Assembly: GCA_963603365.1 (NCBI GenBank)
Contig: CAVCMI010000037.1
Span: forward strand, 3,552 to 67,551
Direction of reading: 5' to 3'
DNA: 64,000 nucleotides
DNA from: Oscillospiraceae bacterium
GTDB lineage: Bacteria > Bacteroidota > Bacteroidia > Bacteroidales > WCHB1-69
Part shown: piece by piece, positions 43,311-53,543 of the stretch
Layout: every line of letters begins with the position of its first letter
Position numbering within the stretch: position 1 is the first letter of the stretch
Notes under the pieces: model-generated
What the model saw: only the letters and a program-made list of their open reading frames with translations
What the model was told of the DNA's origin: nothing
Database searches by the model: none
Made by a program: the position numbers and the translations under genes

Positions 43311-44996
43311 TTAACGGGCGATCAGTTCTTTGACGGCATTTTCCAGTGCGGAGCCCCTGAGGTCTTTGGCCACAATGCGCCCTTCACGGTCCAGAAGGAA
43401 GGTGGAAGGGATGGAACGCACGCCGTATATGGCGGCGCCTTCCGACTGCCATTGCTTGAGGTCGCTGACATGGTTTGGCCACACCAGACCGTCGTCTGCA
43501 ATGGCCTTTTTCCAGTTTGCGGCGTCGCGGTCAAGGGATACGCTGTAGATCTCGAAACCCTGGTCGTGGTATTTGGCGTAGATGTTCCGCACGTTAGGGT
43601 TCTCGCGTCTGCACGGCCCGCACCACGATGCCCAGAAGTCGATGAGTACGATTTTGCCCTTGAGGTCAGAGAGTTTCCGGACGTTACCGTCAGGGTCTTT
43701 GAACGCCAGCTCCGGCGCCATGGCTCCGATTGCGGTCTTGTTGGCCGGTGAGTTCATGATCTTCCACCGCTCTTTGACGATGGGATGCTCAGGGTATTTC
43801 TCGTGCAGCGCTGTGATGACGGCCTTGTGCAGTTCGGCATTCTGCTCTTTCGGGTAAAGGTCGAGAAACATCATGACGGCAATGTCGCTTTTGTTGTCCA
43901 TGATGTATTGCTTGTTCTGTCCGTTCAGGCTGTTCTCGGCATCGTTGTAGGCGGTCTGGTACCTGTTGACGATGGCCTTTACGTTCTGCTGTGCTTCCGA
44001 AACGATGGTGTTGCCGGCGGCTTTCTGTAGGGCAGCGCTGGTGGCGAAAGAGGAATGTGCGCCGGCGGCGGTCTTCAACAGGGGGGCGAGACGGTTCACC
44101 GCGTCCGTACACCATGCCGTTTTGTTGCCCTTTTTGTCAAAGAGGTTGGAATAGCTCAGGCTGTCTTTTCTGTCGAGGAGTTCCGTGACGGCGGACATGC
44201 AGTTGCCCAGTGTTTTCTCCGCCGCGCTGTACCGGCTTTCGGCTTCGGCTACATAATTGTCAAGCATGGCAAAGTACTCGTCATGCCCTTCGGAACGCCC
44301 GCTCTGGGTGTAGTAGGCGAACATCTCCGAGTTCTCACGGTACGACGAGAACGGACGGTAGTTGTTCTCCATCTCTTTCATGAATTTGGAGACGGAGGAG
44401 ACAAATACGTCGGCGTTTCCGCTTTTCACCTTCCCGCCGGGCGCGTATTCGCGGAACAGGCTGTTCAGGGAGTCGACACTGGCGTATGCGGCCAGAACGT
44501 AGTTGTCGGTCTCTTGGCAGGCCTGCTTGAAGTTGGTGACCTCTTGCGTGAGTTTGCTCCAGTAGCGTTGCTCGTGGTCTGTCTGCAAAGAGGAGTTGAG
44601 ACTGTCGATGATCTCGCTCTTCCGCCTGTCGTTGTCGATGATGTCCTGAACGAACGACATGGAGGGGGAGTTGGTGACGCTGACGATCTGCAGCAGGTCT
44701 TGGGCATCTATGGTAAGTTCCATGTTTTCTCCCGGCGTGATGACGACGAGGAAATAGTTTTCGTCGCCGAAATCAAAACGGTAGATGTCGTTCGGGATGT
44801 TCAATTTCAGGGTGAATGTGTTGTCCTTGATGTCTGTGGAGGCGTAGACCTTACGTTCGTTGCCGTAGGCGTTGACCAGGTCTGCATGGGAGAACCCGTT
44901 GTTTTGCAGAGTAACCTTGACAGTCGAGGCGTTGTTCTGCGCATACGAGCAAAGGCTTGCTGCCAGGACAAATAAAAGCAGGATGTTTTTCTTCAT
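43311..44996 (-). CDS. TlpA-family thiol:disulfide oxidoreductase with a long N-terminal domain
   Basis: The ATG at 44996 gives signal peptide MKKNILLLFVLAASLCSYAQ. The C-terminal thioredoxin fold is IDFWASWCGPCRRENP. A -7 box (reverse complement TACTTTTG) lies at 45031-45038. Confidence 0.85.
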   Translation of the reverse strand: MKKNILLLFVLAASLCSYAQNNASTVKVTLQNNGFSHADLVNAYGNERKVYASTDIKDNTFTLKLNIPNDIYRFDFGDENYFLVVITPGENMELTIDAQDLLQIVSVTNSPSMSFVQDIIDNDRRKSEIIDSLNSSLQTDHEQRYWSKLTQEVTNFKQACQETDNYVLAAYASVDSLNSLFREYAPGGKVKSGNADVFVSSVSKFMKEMENNYRPFSSYRENSEMFAYYTQSGRSEGHDEYFAMLDNYVAEAESRYSAAEKTLGNCMSAVTELLDRKDSLSYSNLFDKKGNKTAWCTDAVNRLAPLLKTAAGAHSSFATSAALQKAAGNTIVSEAQQNVKAIVNRYQTAYNDAENSLNGQNKQYIMDNKSDIAVMMFLDLYPKEQNAELHKAVITALHEKYPEHPIVKERWKIMNSPANKTAIGAMAPELAFKDPDGNVRKLSDLKGKIVLIDFWASWCGPCRRENPNVRNIYAKYHDQGFEIYSVSLDRDAANWKKAIADDGLVWPNHVSDLKQWQSEGAAIYGVRSIPSTFLLDREGRIVAKDLRGSALENAVKELIAR

Positions 44997-45116
44997 TTTT
45001 GAAAGATACAGATTTCGTGTAAAAAGTTGGCAAAAGTACAAAAAAAGCGGCAGAAACGTATGTGGTTTTTTTTGTATGTTTGCACGCTTTTTTATCTGAA
45101 ATTATCTGACAGGATT

Positions 45117-46202
45117 ATGAAATTCACAATTATAGGAAGCGGCAACTCCGGGCTTATCCATGCCGCCAAGCTGATAGAGAACGGTTTCGGGGAGGTCGGC
45201 ATCCTGAAGACTTCCAATGCGGGGAACAACGATTTCTTTGACGTGATCAGGCAGGAGGGCGGCTATAACGTGAAGGACGAGACGAACGGAGGGCGCCGTT
45301 TCTTTGTGCGTCCGCGCTTCATCACGAAGGACGTGCAGCTCGCCGTGGAGCATGCCGACGTGCTAATGGTGACCACGACGACGATCCAGCACGATAATGT
45401 GGCCCGCCTCATCGCCCCTTACGTCAAAGACGGCCAGGTCATCATCCTTTGCCCGGGCTATATGGGCAGCCTTATTTTCAGGAAGCATATCCGCAAGGAT
45501 GTGGTTTACAGCGAATGGGAGACTACCGCCTACAACGGTCGCATCGTGGACTCGATGTATGTGCGCATCACGTTCTACAATCCCCGGAATGCCATATCGG
45601 TTTCGCCCGTGTCAAGACTGGATACGGTGCTCGAACTGCTTTCGCATTGCTTTGCCAATACGCACTATTCGCGTCGCCACATCCTCGAATCTGCCATGCA
45701 CAACCCGAATATGATTGTACATCCCATCGGGCTGCTTTTCTCTGCCGCCCGCATCGAATACAGCAAAGGGGAGTTCTGGATGTACAAGGAGGCTTTCACC
45801 GATTCGGTGCTGCGTGTCATCAATGCCTTCGATCTGCAGAAGAACCGCATCCTGGAAGCTTTCGGCTGCGACCCGCTCAACTATTTCGAGGCCGCAAAGT
45901 GGCGCAACGAGGAGAACCTCAACATTGACGCCATGGACGTTTTCCGGTCTTTCGCGGAATCTTCAAACAAGGGGCCCTCTTTCATCGACCACCGTTACCT
46001 GAACGAGGATGTGCCTGTCGGACTCGGCCTGTTTATATCTATCGGCAAGATCGTCGGCGTTGAAACCGCTATACCGGAGTCTGTCACTACACTGGCTTCT
46101 GCTTTGGTGGGCAGAGACTTGTCGGCTCAGGCACGTACAATACAGAGCCTTTTGCAGAAAGAATCCGTGAGTATCGACGACATAAAAGAGGCCATAAGGT
46201 AG
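45117..46202 (+). CDS. NAD/NADP octopine/nopaline dehydrogenase family protein
   Basis: The ATG at 45117 gives MKFTIIGSGNSGLIHAAKL (Rossmann fold). A TATGTTTG box lies at 45075-45082. Confidence 0.75.
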   Translation: MKFTIIGSGNSGLIHAAKLIENGFGEVGILKTSNAGNNDFFDVIRQEGGYNVKDETNGGRRFFVRPRFITKDVQLAVEHADVLMVTTTTIQHDNVARLIAPYVKDGQVIILCPGYMGSLIFRKHIRKDVVYSEWETTAYNGRIVDSMYVRITFYNPRNAISVSPVSRLDTVLELLSHCFANTHYSRRHILESAMHNPNMIVHPIGLLFSAARIEYSKGEFWMYKEAFTDSVLRVINAFDLQKNRILEAFGCDPLNYFEAAKWRNEENLNIDAMDVFRSFAESSNKGPSFIDHRYLNEDVPVGLGLFISIGKIVGVETAIPESVTTLASALVGRDLSAQARTIQSLLQKESVSIDDIKEAIR

Positions 46203-46208
46203 GGACGG

Positions 46209-46802
46209 TTACAGCAGTTCTGCCGTCCTGGTCATTTTGCGGTAGGTTTGGTTGAATATGTTGATGTCGTGCTTGTAACGGAAGCCGATGGATTCATACA
46301 GGCGCTGCGCTTGGGGCTTCAGGGGGCTGACCACCAACGAAACGGTCGGGATGTTGAGTCCGGCGGCATGCGATATGCCGGCTTTCAGCATCTTGGAGGC
46401 GATGCCGTGTTTGCGGATCTCCGGCAAGACGGCCATCGAGTCGAGGTAGAACTCGCCGGGTTCTGTCTCCATGTCCATGTCGCGGAAGTCTTCGCCGGAA
46501 TAGCGGGCAATCAGGATCATGGTGGTTCTGCGCAGGGCGGCATAGTCTTCCCCTCTGTAGCAGGTGAGGCTGCCGACGGGGCGTTCACCCAGTACCGCGA
46601 CAATGCTGTTTTTCCAACTGTACAGCACATCGGTGCGGCTGCATAGCAAACGCGACATACGCAGCATCTCTTCGGTGGGGCTTTCGATGCCGGCAGCGGT
46701 CATCACGGCCCAAGAGATGAAAGGCACGTCCTCTGCGGTGGCGGGCCTGAGCCGGGTCGGGATATCAGAAATCTCGGCTTGGATGTCTTTCGGTTTTTTC
46801 AA
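46209..46802 (-). CDS. GNAT-family N-acetyltransferase
   Basis: The acetyl-CoA motif is EIRKHGIASKMLKAG. The start is an apparent TTG, since no in-frame ATG lies upstream of the conserved LRPATAEDV. Confidence 0.8.
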   Translation of the reverse strand: MKKPKDIQAEISDIPTRLRPATAEDVPFISWAVMTAAGIESPTEEMLRMSRLLCSRTDVLYSWKNSIVAVLGERPVGSLTCYRGEDYAALRRTTMILIARYSGEDFRDMDMETEPGEFYLDSMAVLPEIRKHGIASKMLKAGISHAAGLNIPTVSLVVSPLKPQAQRLYESIGFRYKHDINIFNQTYRKMTRTAELL

Positions 46803-46814
46803 TCTTTGAGGTTT

Positions 46815-47741
46815 TTATTCGTTGATGATTTCAAAGTCAGGGCTCTCTAAGATTTTCTTTGCGAAAGCGGTATTGGCGAAGTGACCGGGGCGGTTGGCGG
46901 TGATTTCAGCGCACAGAGGACATCCCAGCAGGTAGAGGTCGCCGATGAGGTCAAGCAGCTTGTGGCGAGCCGGCTCGTTCTCGTGGCGTAACGACACGTT
47001 GTTCAAGATATGGTCGGGGGTGACGGTGATGTTGTCTTTGTCGAAGAAGCGGGCGAGTTGGTGCAGCACTTTCGGCTCCGGCACTTTGTCAACGAAGACG
47101 ATGGCATTGTCGAGGTCGCCTCCTTTCACGAGCTGGTTCTGTATGAGGAACTGAAGTTCGTTCAGGAACACGAATGTCCGGCAGTCGTAGATTTCCGGGT
47201 AGAAGTTTGCCATGTCGTCGAGCATGGCTTGTTGCGCGGCCAGCACTTTGGTGCCGTAGTCCACGTTGACGGTCATTTTGAAGTGGGCTGCCGGCTTTAT
47301 GGTCAGCGTCACTTGCTGTTCGGGGATGTCAAGGGATATCTCTTTCTTGACGATGCCGGTGCGGCGGGGCGCGTCAAGTCTCTGCAGTCCTGCGCTTTTG
47401 AGCATTTCGATGTATATCTGCGCGCTTCCGTCGAGGATTGGGGTTTCGGGGCCCGCGGTCTTGACGAGCACGTTGTCGATTCCGAGACCTGCCAATGCGG
47501 CCATAAGGTGCTCAATGGTGTGCACTTCAGCTTTGCCGTCGCGGACGGATGTGCCGCGCGAGGTGTCGAACACGTTCTGCGGAACGGCCCTGACTTCAGG
47601 AACCCCTGGCAAGTCAATGCGCGAGAAGCGTATCCCGAAGCCGGCGGGCGCCGGCTCAAACGACACCGTGACCTGTTTCCCGGTATGCAAACCCTTTCCC
47701 GATATCGAAATCGGCGTCAAGATGGTGGTCTGAAAATTCAT
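46815..47741 (-). CDS. lpxC: UDP-3-O-acyl-N-acetylglucosamine deacetylase (stand-alone, no FabZ fusion)
   Basis: 308 aa with GKGLHTGK, HTIEHLMAAL and HKLLDLIGDL. Confidence 0.9.
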   Translation of the reverse strand: MNFQTTILTPISISGKGLHTGKQVTVSFEPAPAGFGIRFSRIDLPGVPEVRAVPQNVFDTSRGTSVRDGKAEVHTIEHLMAALAGLGIDNVLVKTAGPETPILDGSAQIYIEMLKSAGLQRLDAPRRTGIVKKEISLDIPEQQVTLTIKPAAHFKMTVNVDYGTKVLAAQQAMLDDMANFYPEIYDCRTFVFLNELQFLIQNQLVKGGDLDNAIVFVDKVPEPKVLHQLARFFDKDNITVTPDHILNNVSLRHENEPARHKLLDLIGDLYLLGCPLCAEITANRPGHFANTAFAKKILESPDFEIINE

Positions 47742-47915
47742 TGGATGTTAAATAAATGTTTCAAGTTGACAGGACTTCTGTTCTTTTTCCGTAGTCTTAG
47801 CAAAAAACCCTGTGCCGTGAAGTCCGTTAAACGGAATGCGGGTGCTTTGCCGGATGCGATGGGCATTTTCTGTTTTGTTTCTTTCAGGAAGAGGGCAGGG
47901 CATCTACCGCGGAAA

Positions 47916-48941
47916 CTATTCTTTGTTGCCGTTTTTGCCGAGGTCGTTCACTTGCCGGAACAGTTCGGGCAGTTTGCGGCGATATACGATCAGGCGTCTT
48001 TCCTCGCTGAGCGGCACGGCAGGGTTCCCGAGATACATGCCCTGTTTCAGCGAATGGGACACGCCGGCCTGCGCGCCGACAACCACGCCGTCGTCAAGGC
48101 TGATGTGGCCGGCAATGCCGACTTGCCCGGCCAAGATGCAGTGCTTGCCCACTTTTGACGAACCGGCAATGCCGACTTGGGCTGCCATGCCGGTGCCTTC
48201 GCCGACGCTGACGTTGTGCGCTATCTGTACAAGGTTGTCAATCTTGACATTGTCTTCGATGCGGGTCGAACCCATCGTGGCACGGTCAATGCAGGTGTTG
48301 GCCCCGATCTCCACATTGTTTCCGATTTCCACATTGCCGACCTGCGGAATTTTGAGGTACTGCCCGTCTTGTGCGGCAAATCCGAAGCCGTCGGCCCCGA
48401 TGACGCTGCCCGCGTGCAAGATGCAGTCCATGCCGATGACACAGCCGGCATATACCTTGACGCCCGAGTTCAGGACGGTGCGGTCTCCGATTTTCACGTT
48501 GTCTCCTAAGCAGACTTGCGGATACAGCCGCACACCGTTCCCGACTGTCACGTTTTCTCCGATGCTGACAAATTCGCCGATATAGACATTTTCGCCGATG
48601 TGGGCGGTGGGGGAAATGCATGCCTTGTCAGAGATGCCGGTTTTCTGGTTCTGCTGCATTGTCTCCTGATAAAAGCTGAGCAGTTTGGCGAATGCCAAAT
48701 AGGAATTGTCAACCTTTATCAAGGTGCAGGGCACAGGATGCTCCGGTACGAAGCCTTGATTGACGATGACCGCAGTGGCCTTCGTGTCGTATATGTAATG
48801 TGTGTATTTCGGGTTCGAGAGGAATGAAAGCCCGCCGGGCATTCCTTCCTCAATCTTGCAGACTGTTGTGATGATTCCGTCCGGATTTCCTGCAATTTCA
48901 GCCGAAAGCAGTTCGGCTATTTGAGAAACGGTATATTTCAT
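47916..48941 (-). CDS. lpxD: UDP-3-O-(3-hydroxyacyl)glucosamine N-acyltransferase
   Basis: The N-domain is MKYTVSQIAELL, followed by long left-handed beta-helix hexapeptide repeats. The start was moved to the ATG at 48941 because a -7 box (reverse complement TATTTTTG, 48963-48970) covers the TTG at 48965. Confidence 0.9.
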   Translation of the reverse strand: MKYTVSQIAELLSAEIAGNPDGIITTVCKIEEGMPGGLSFLSNPKYTHYIYDTKATAVIVNQGFVPEHPVPCTLIKVDNSYLAFAKLLSFYQETMQQNQKTGISDKACISPTAHIGENVYIGEFVSIGENVTVGNGVRLYPQVCLGDNVKIGDRTVLNSGVKVYAGCVIGMDCILHAGSVIGADGFGFAAQDGQYLKIPQVGNVEIGNNVEIGANTCIDRATMGSTRIEDNVKIDNLVQIAHNVSVGEGTGMAAQVGIAGSSKVGKHCILAGQVGIAGHISLDDGVVVGAQAGVSHSLKQGMYLGNPAVPLSEERRLIVYRRKLPELFRQVNDLGKNGNKE

Positions 48942-49037
48942 TGCATTTTTTGAATTAGCGCGCAAAAATACAAAAAAATGCTGTCCGATATGATTCCTTC
49001 AGAGGGTGTCCAGGGCTTGTGCCTTTGCCGTAAAACA

Positions 49038-49073
49038 AACGTGGTCTGAACGTTTGCTCGTTCAGACCACGTT
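49038..49073 (-). terminator. Strong hairpin terminator after korB
   Basis: 15-bp perfect stem aacgtggtctgaacg/cgttcagaccacgtt with a 6-nt loop. TGTTTTAC follows on the minus strand. Confidence 0.6.
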
Positions 49074-49126
49074 ATCCCAAAAACTTTTCCGATGCTTTAT
49101 TGAATGCAAATAAAGCCCGTAGAGGG

Positions 49127-50164
49127 TTACACCTCCCAAGTGTCGCCGCTGTTCAGCAGGTCGTCCACGCAGGAGTAGGTTGCTTTGGACTTCACCTCTT
49201 CCATCTGTTTTTCAAACAGTTCGGTGTAGATCGGTTTTTTGACGGAACGGATGACGCCGAGAGCCACGGGCATATCGCCTTTCATGCGGGCCAGCATCAT
49301 GTGGATGCCCGTATCTTCGGTGGTCTCGTCATGCACGAGCAGGTCTTTCTCGGTGATGCCGTTTTCGCCCAGCTTGACCACTTCGAGTGCGGTGCCGTTA
49401 AAGCGGATGCCCTTGTCGCGGTTCTTGCCGAAGATCATAGGCTTTCCGTGTTCAAGCACGATGGTGCGGTCTTCCCTCCATTCGCGGTTGGTGACGGCGT
49501 CGTGCGTCTTGTCGTTGAAGATTACGCAGTTCTGCAGCACTTCCACGACAGAGGTGCCGAAATGGTCTGCGGCCTGTTCCATGATGTCAGAAATGAGTTT
49601 CGGGTTCACGTCGATGGCGCGGGCGAAGAATGTGCCCTGGGCGCCCATGATCAGTTCGCCGGGAATGAAAGGGTACTCGATGGTTCCGTAAGGGGATGTC
49701 TTTGTAATCTTCCCGAACTTTGTGGTAGGGGAGTACTGGCCTTTGGTGAGGCCGTAGATCTCGTTGTTGAAAAGCGTGATGTTCACGTCAAGGTTGCGGC
49801 GCACGATGTGGATGAGGTGGTTGCCGCCGATGGCCATAGAGTCGCCGTCGCCCATGTTGATCCAGACGCTCAGCGACGGGTTGGCGATTTTCATGCCCGT
49901 GGCAATGGCGCAGGCGCGGCCGTGGATGCCGTGGAAGCCGTAAGTCTCAACATAATACGGGATACGCGACGAACAGCCGATGCCGGAAACCATGACGATA
50001 TTCTCTTTCTTGTGGCGTGTCTTAGGGAATGTCTGCTGCAACGAGGCGAGGATGGCATGGTTGCCGCATCCGGGACACCATTTCACCATCTGGTCGTTGA
50101 GGAAATCTGCTTTTACTAAATCTACGTCCGTTTCAGGAACATAATGTCTTTCCATCTGTTTCAT
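49127..50164 (-). CDS. korB: 2-oxoacid:ferredoxin oxidoreductase beta subunit (TPP-binding)
   Basis: 345 aa with WCPGCGNH and NMGDGDSMAIGGNH. Confidence 0.9.
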   Translation of the reverse strand: MKQMERHYVPETDVDLVKADFLNDQMVKWCPGCGNHAILASLQQTFPKTRHKKENIVMVSGIGCSSRIPYYVETYGFHGIHGRACAIATGMKIANPSLSVWINMGDGDSMAIGGNHLIHIVRRNLDVNITLFNNEIYGLTKGQYSPTTKFGKITKTSPYGTIEYPFIPGELIMGAQGTFFARAIDVNPKLISDIMEQAADHFGTSVVEVLQNCVIFNDKTHDAVTNREWREDRTIVLEHGKPMIFGKNRDKGIRFNGTALEVVKLGENGITEKDLLVHDETTEDTGIHMMLARMKGDMPVALGVIRSVKKPIYTELFEKQMEEVKSKATYSCVDDLLNSGDTWEV

Positions 50165-50167
50165 CGC

Positions 50168-52012
50168 TTATTCTCCTAATATTTCGTTAAACTTTTCTTT
50201 TAATTCATGTATCTCGAACGGCAGCCCCATGACTTTGTTGTACTGGTGCATAGGATACTGCGGGAATTTGCTTCTCAGATAGCCGAGGAATTGTCCGCAG
50301 TTGAGTTCGCAAACCACGATTTTCTTGTATTTCTTCAGGATGTCCTCGGTATTTCTGGGCAGCGGGGAGATGTAGTTGAAGTGGGCGTATGCCACTTTCT
50401 TGCCTTCGGCGTTCATTTCGTTCACGGCCAAGGTCAGGGCGCCGGCAGTGCCGCCCCATCCGATCACCAGCAAGTCGCCGTCCGGGTCGCCTTTCACTTC
50501 CTGTTCCGGAATGCAGTTGGCGACACGGTTCACTTTCTCCTGTCTGCAGTAAACCATCGTTGCGTGGTTCTCCGGGTCTGTGGATAGGTTGCCTTTACCG
50601 TTCTCCTTCTCCAGGCCGCCAACACGGTGACGCAGACCTGCCATGCCGGGGATTGCCCATTGGCGAGCCAATGTTTCCGGGTCGCGGCGGTAAGGCTGGA
50701 AGTCAGGGTCGTTTTCTTTTGCGAACGGCGGATGTATTTCAGGGAGGTCGGCCACTTTGGGGATTCTGAACAGTTGGGAGCCGTTGCCGAGGTAGCCGTC
50801 AGAGAGCAGGATGGCAGGGGTCATGTGCTCCAAGGAGAGTTTGGCAGCCATGTATGCCCAATAGAAGCAGTTGGCCGAGGAGGAAGCGGCTACCACGATG
50901 CATGGCGCTTCGCCGTTCCTGCCGTACAGGGCCTGGGCAAGGTCAGACTGCTCTGTCTTGGTGGGAAGGCCGGTAGATGGTCCGCCGCGCTGCACGTCGA
51001 TGACCACAAGCGGCAGCTCGGTCATGACGGCCAGGCCGAGGGCTTCGCTCTTCAGAGAGAGCCCGGGGCCGGAAGTGGATGTGCAGGCAAGCGCGCCGGC
51101 ATAGGAGGCGCCAATGGCCGAACAGATGCCGGCAATCTCGTCTTCGGCCTGGAAGACACGCGCGCCGAGCGGTTTGTGCTTGGCCAGTTCCACCATGATG
51201 TCCGTGGCCGGCGTGATAGGATATGATCCCAAAAACAAGGTGAGCCCCGCTCTCTCGGCAGCAGCCAAAAGACCCCACGCCGTGGCTACGTTGCCCGTGA
51301 TGTTGCGGTATCGGCCTTTCTGCATGTGCGTGTGCGAAATCTCAACTACACGAGGACGGATGAGCTCGAGCTTCTCGGCAAATTCAAATCCCTCGTTCAG
51401 TACGGCCTTGTTCAACGCGATGATTTCAGGCTTCTTTGCGAACTTCCTCTCCAGATAGGCCTCGGTCTGCTTGAGCGTCTTGTGCGTCAAGAAGAAGACG
51501 ATGCCCAATGCAAACATGTTGCGGCATTTCTCCGAAGTCTTCAGGTCTGCACCCATGTCCTTGCCTATCCGTTTGGTGAATGAGGTGATCGGGGCTTTCA
51601 CAATCAGATATTCGCGCTCCAGCTCATCGGTGAACGGCGACTCGGTGTAGCCCGCTTTCTCAAGGGCTTCGGAAGTGAAGGTGTCGATGTCAACAATGAC
51701 TGTCGAGCCTTTCTTCGCCCATTTGAGGTTTGACTTGAATGAGGCCGGGTTCATCGCCACTAAAAAGTCGCACTTGTCGCCAGAACTGTAGATGTGTGAG
51801 CCGACGTGGACCTGATATCCGGAAACGCCGGCAATGGTGTTGTGCGGCGCGCGGATCTCGGCAGGATAGTCAGGAAACGTGGCTATGTCGTTGCCTGTCA
51901 ACGCTGCAGTATCCGAAAACAGCGTGCCGGAAAGCTGCATTCCGTCACCAGAGTCTCCAACAAACTTGACGACAATGTCGTCTCTGTTTTGAATGTTCGT
52001 GTCTGTTGCCAT
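50168..52012 (-). CDS. korA: 2-oxoacid:ferredoxin oxidoreductase alpha subunit
   Basis: 614 aa with a fused gamma/alpha-type architecture. A 3-nt gap separates it from korB. A -7 box (reverse complement TACTTTTG) lies at 52091-52098. Confidence 0.9.
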   Translation of the reverse strand: MATDTNIQNRDDIVVKFVGDSGDGMQLSGTLFSDTAALTGNDIATFPDYPAEIRAPHNTIAGVSGYQVHVGSHIYSSGDKCDFLVAMNPASFKSNLKWAKKGSTVIVDIDTFTSEALEKAGYTESPFTDELEREYLIVKAPITSFTKRIGKDMGADLKTSEKCRNMFALGIVFFLTHKTLKQTEAYLERKFAKKPEIIALNKAVLNEGFEFAEKLELIRPRVVEISHTHMQKGRYRNITGNVATAWGLLAAAERAGLTLFLGSYPITPATDIMVELAKHKPLGARVFQAEDEIAGICSAIGASYAGALACTSTSGPGLSLKSEALGLAVMTELPLVVIDVQRGGPSTGLPTKTEQSDLAQALYGRNGEAPCIVVAASSSANCFYWAYMAAKLSLEHMTPAILLSDGYLGNGSQLFRIPKVADLPEIHPPFAKENDPDFQPYRRDPETLARQWAIPGMAGLRHRVGGLEKENGKGNLSTDPENHATMVYCRQEKVNRVANCIPEQEVKGDPDGDLLVIGWGGTAGALTLAVNEMNAEGKKVAYAHFNYISPLPRNTEDILKKYKKIVVCELNCGQFLGYLRSKFPQYPMHQYNKVMGLPFEIHELKEKFNEILGE

Positions 52013-52219
52013 AAATTTTTTTGGTTTATGTATTTAATTATTTGATTGTCTGTAATTTAAAATAAAAATGTTCCCTGTTTTAAAACGCCGCAAAAGTAAT
52101 TATTTCTTTTAATAAAACAAAGACTTGTCTTTTAAGTGATTTTTGGCATATTTCAGGAAAAATGAAGATGCAAAAAGACCACAAGACGTTTTTTTGTGAT
52201 ATCTTTGCATTCCCGAATT

Positions 52220-52921
52220 ATGCCAGTCAATGATACGATAACAATTGCCTCCGGCAGTGCCGGAAACATACAGCGCTGCACGATGCTTTTGCTGCGTTCC
52301 GATGAGAGTTTCCTGAAGTTTATGCTGCGGCTGGAGCATTTGCTGGATGTGGACATCTCCTTTCTGAAGTTCGTCCCTGAACTTGGCCCCGAAGAGACCG
52401 CTTTCCCGGCGTCTTGGGCTTTCACCCTCTCTGCCGGCAAGTTCAAGAATGTGACGGCGAAGATGGCTGTGATGGCCAACAAGACCACGCTGGACGGTGA
52501 CGCCGCCGCCGACGGGGCCGGCGTGTGGAGCCTGTTCGATGAGCTGCAGTTTTTCATCAACAGCAACGGCAGGAGGTTTTATACCGCCGCCCACACGGAT
52601 TACGATTACCTTATTATGCTTTATGGCGGCAAGTCCGATTTTGCGGAAAAAGCGAAAACGGCGCTTTCGCGGCATAAGGATTTTGACCTGCATGACTTGT
52701 CTGTCAACAATTACGAAGACATTATGCCAAGCAAGACCTCATTGCCTCCGATCACGGATTGGGTTGACTATATGGAACAGTGCATCGATGAGGCATTGGA
52801 GGGGGTTACAAGGCTGAAAACCCGCGATAGGCAAATACCTAAATGCAACAGAATGTATGACCGCGATTTCCCTGTCAGCCAGACGATAACAAGTCCGTTG
52901 CTTTACCGCGAGGATGTCTGA
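52220..52921 (+). CDS. Hypothetical protein
   Basis: A TATCTTTG box at 52200-52207 precedes the ATG at 52220. The composition is more protein-like than the competing Arg-rich minus ORF 52109..52693. I recognise no family. Confidence 0.5.
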   Translation: MPVNDTITIASGSAGNIQRCTMLLLRSDESFLKFMLRLEHLLDVDISFLKFVPELGPEETAFPASWAFTLSAGKFKNVTAKMAVMANKTTLDGDAAADGAGVWSLFDELQFFINSNGRRFYTAAHTDYDYLIMLYGGKSDFAEKAKTALSRHKDFDLHDLSVNNYEDIMPSKTSLPPITDWVDYMEQCIDEALEGVTRLKTRDRQIPKCNRMYDRDFPVSQTITSPLLYREDV

Positions 52922-52947
52922 GATGCGTTTCCGCGATGGAATGCCCG

Positions 52948-53457
52948 TTATTTCCGCTTCCCGTCAGCCGGGACAACGCGCAAGGTGAGGCTGCTGAAGC
53001 CGTAGTTGTCGTATTTCTCGGATTTCCGGTAGAAACTGATGCGGTAGTTGCCCGGCTGGTTGAGCCTTTTCCTTGGGAATGCCACCAAAGTGCGGGAACA
53101 TCCGCTGCCTTTGTGCTCCGTCGGGATGACAACCCCGCGCTCGGGCGCCCTGAGGTCGATGAGACTGGACACGTAAGTCTTCATGCTGTCCGGATAGACT
53201 AACGTGATGGAGACGGGGATCTCGGAAAGCACAGCTACGGCGCTGTCGTATGCAAGCGTGAACTCAATGCGGTAGTCTTTTGACGTGTCTGTTATGGTGA
53301 AGGGAAAATCGATGACTTGTTCGGGGTATGACCAGTTCTGTTGCTTGAAGGTGTGTGTCACCTCGATGTCTTCCTGCTTCTGGGAAGAATGGCAGGCGGA
53401 CAGCAACAAGAGCGGGGCGGCAATCAGCGCAATTGTTGTTTTTATTATGTTTTTCAT
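52948..53457 (-). CDS. Small lipoprotein, GldH-like
   Basis: The lipobox is LLLSAC. The size (169 aa) and the pattern (QQNWSYPEQVIDFPFTITDTSKDYRIEF ... GNYRISFY) resemble gliding-motility lipoprotein GldH, but the assignment is tentative. A -7 box (reverse complement TATTTTTG) lies at 53521-53528. Confidence 0.55.
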   Translation of the reverse strand: MKNIIKTTIALIAAPLLLLSACHSSQKQEDIEVTHTFKQQNWSYPEQVIDFPFTITDTSKDYRIEFTLAYDSAVAVLSEIPVSITLVYPDSMKTYVSSLIDLRAPERGVVIPTEHKGSGCSRTLVAFPRKRLNQPGNYRISFYRKSEKYDNYGFSSLTLRVVPADGKRK

Positions 53458-53543
53458 ATCTGAATTTTAAAAAATAATTTTATTTTTGCATCCATTTTGG
53501 CGACTGGGCGAAAAGAGCCGCAAAAATACGAAATTAACGAAAG

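Noticed and set aside
52109-52693. 194-aa minus-strand ORF competing with the + strand hypothetical gene.
   Set aside because: Its composition is Arg/Gly/His-rich and no promoter box precedes it. The + strand ORF has a TATCTTTG box and a more normal composition. Even so, the + strand call has only moderate confidence.
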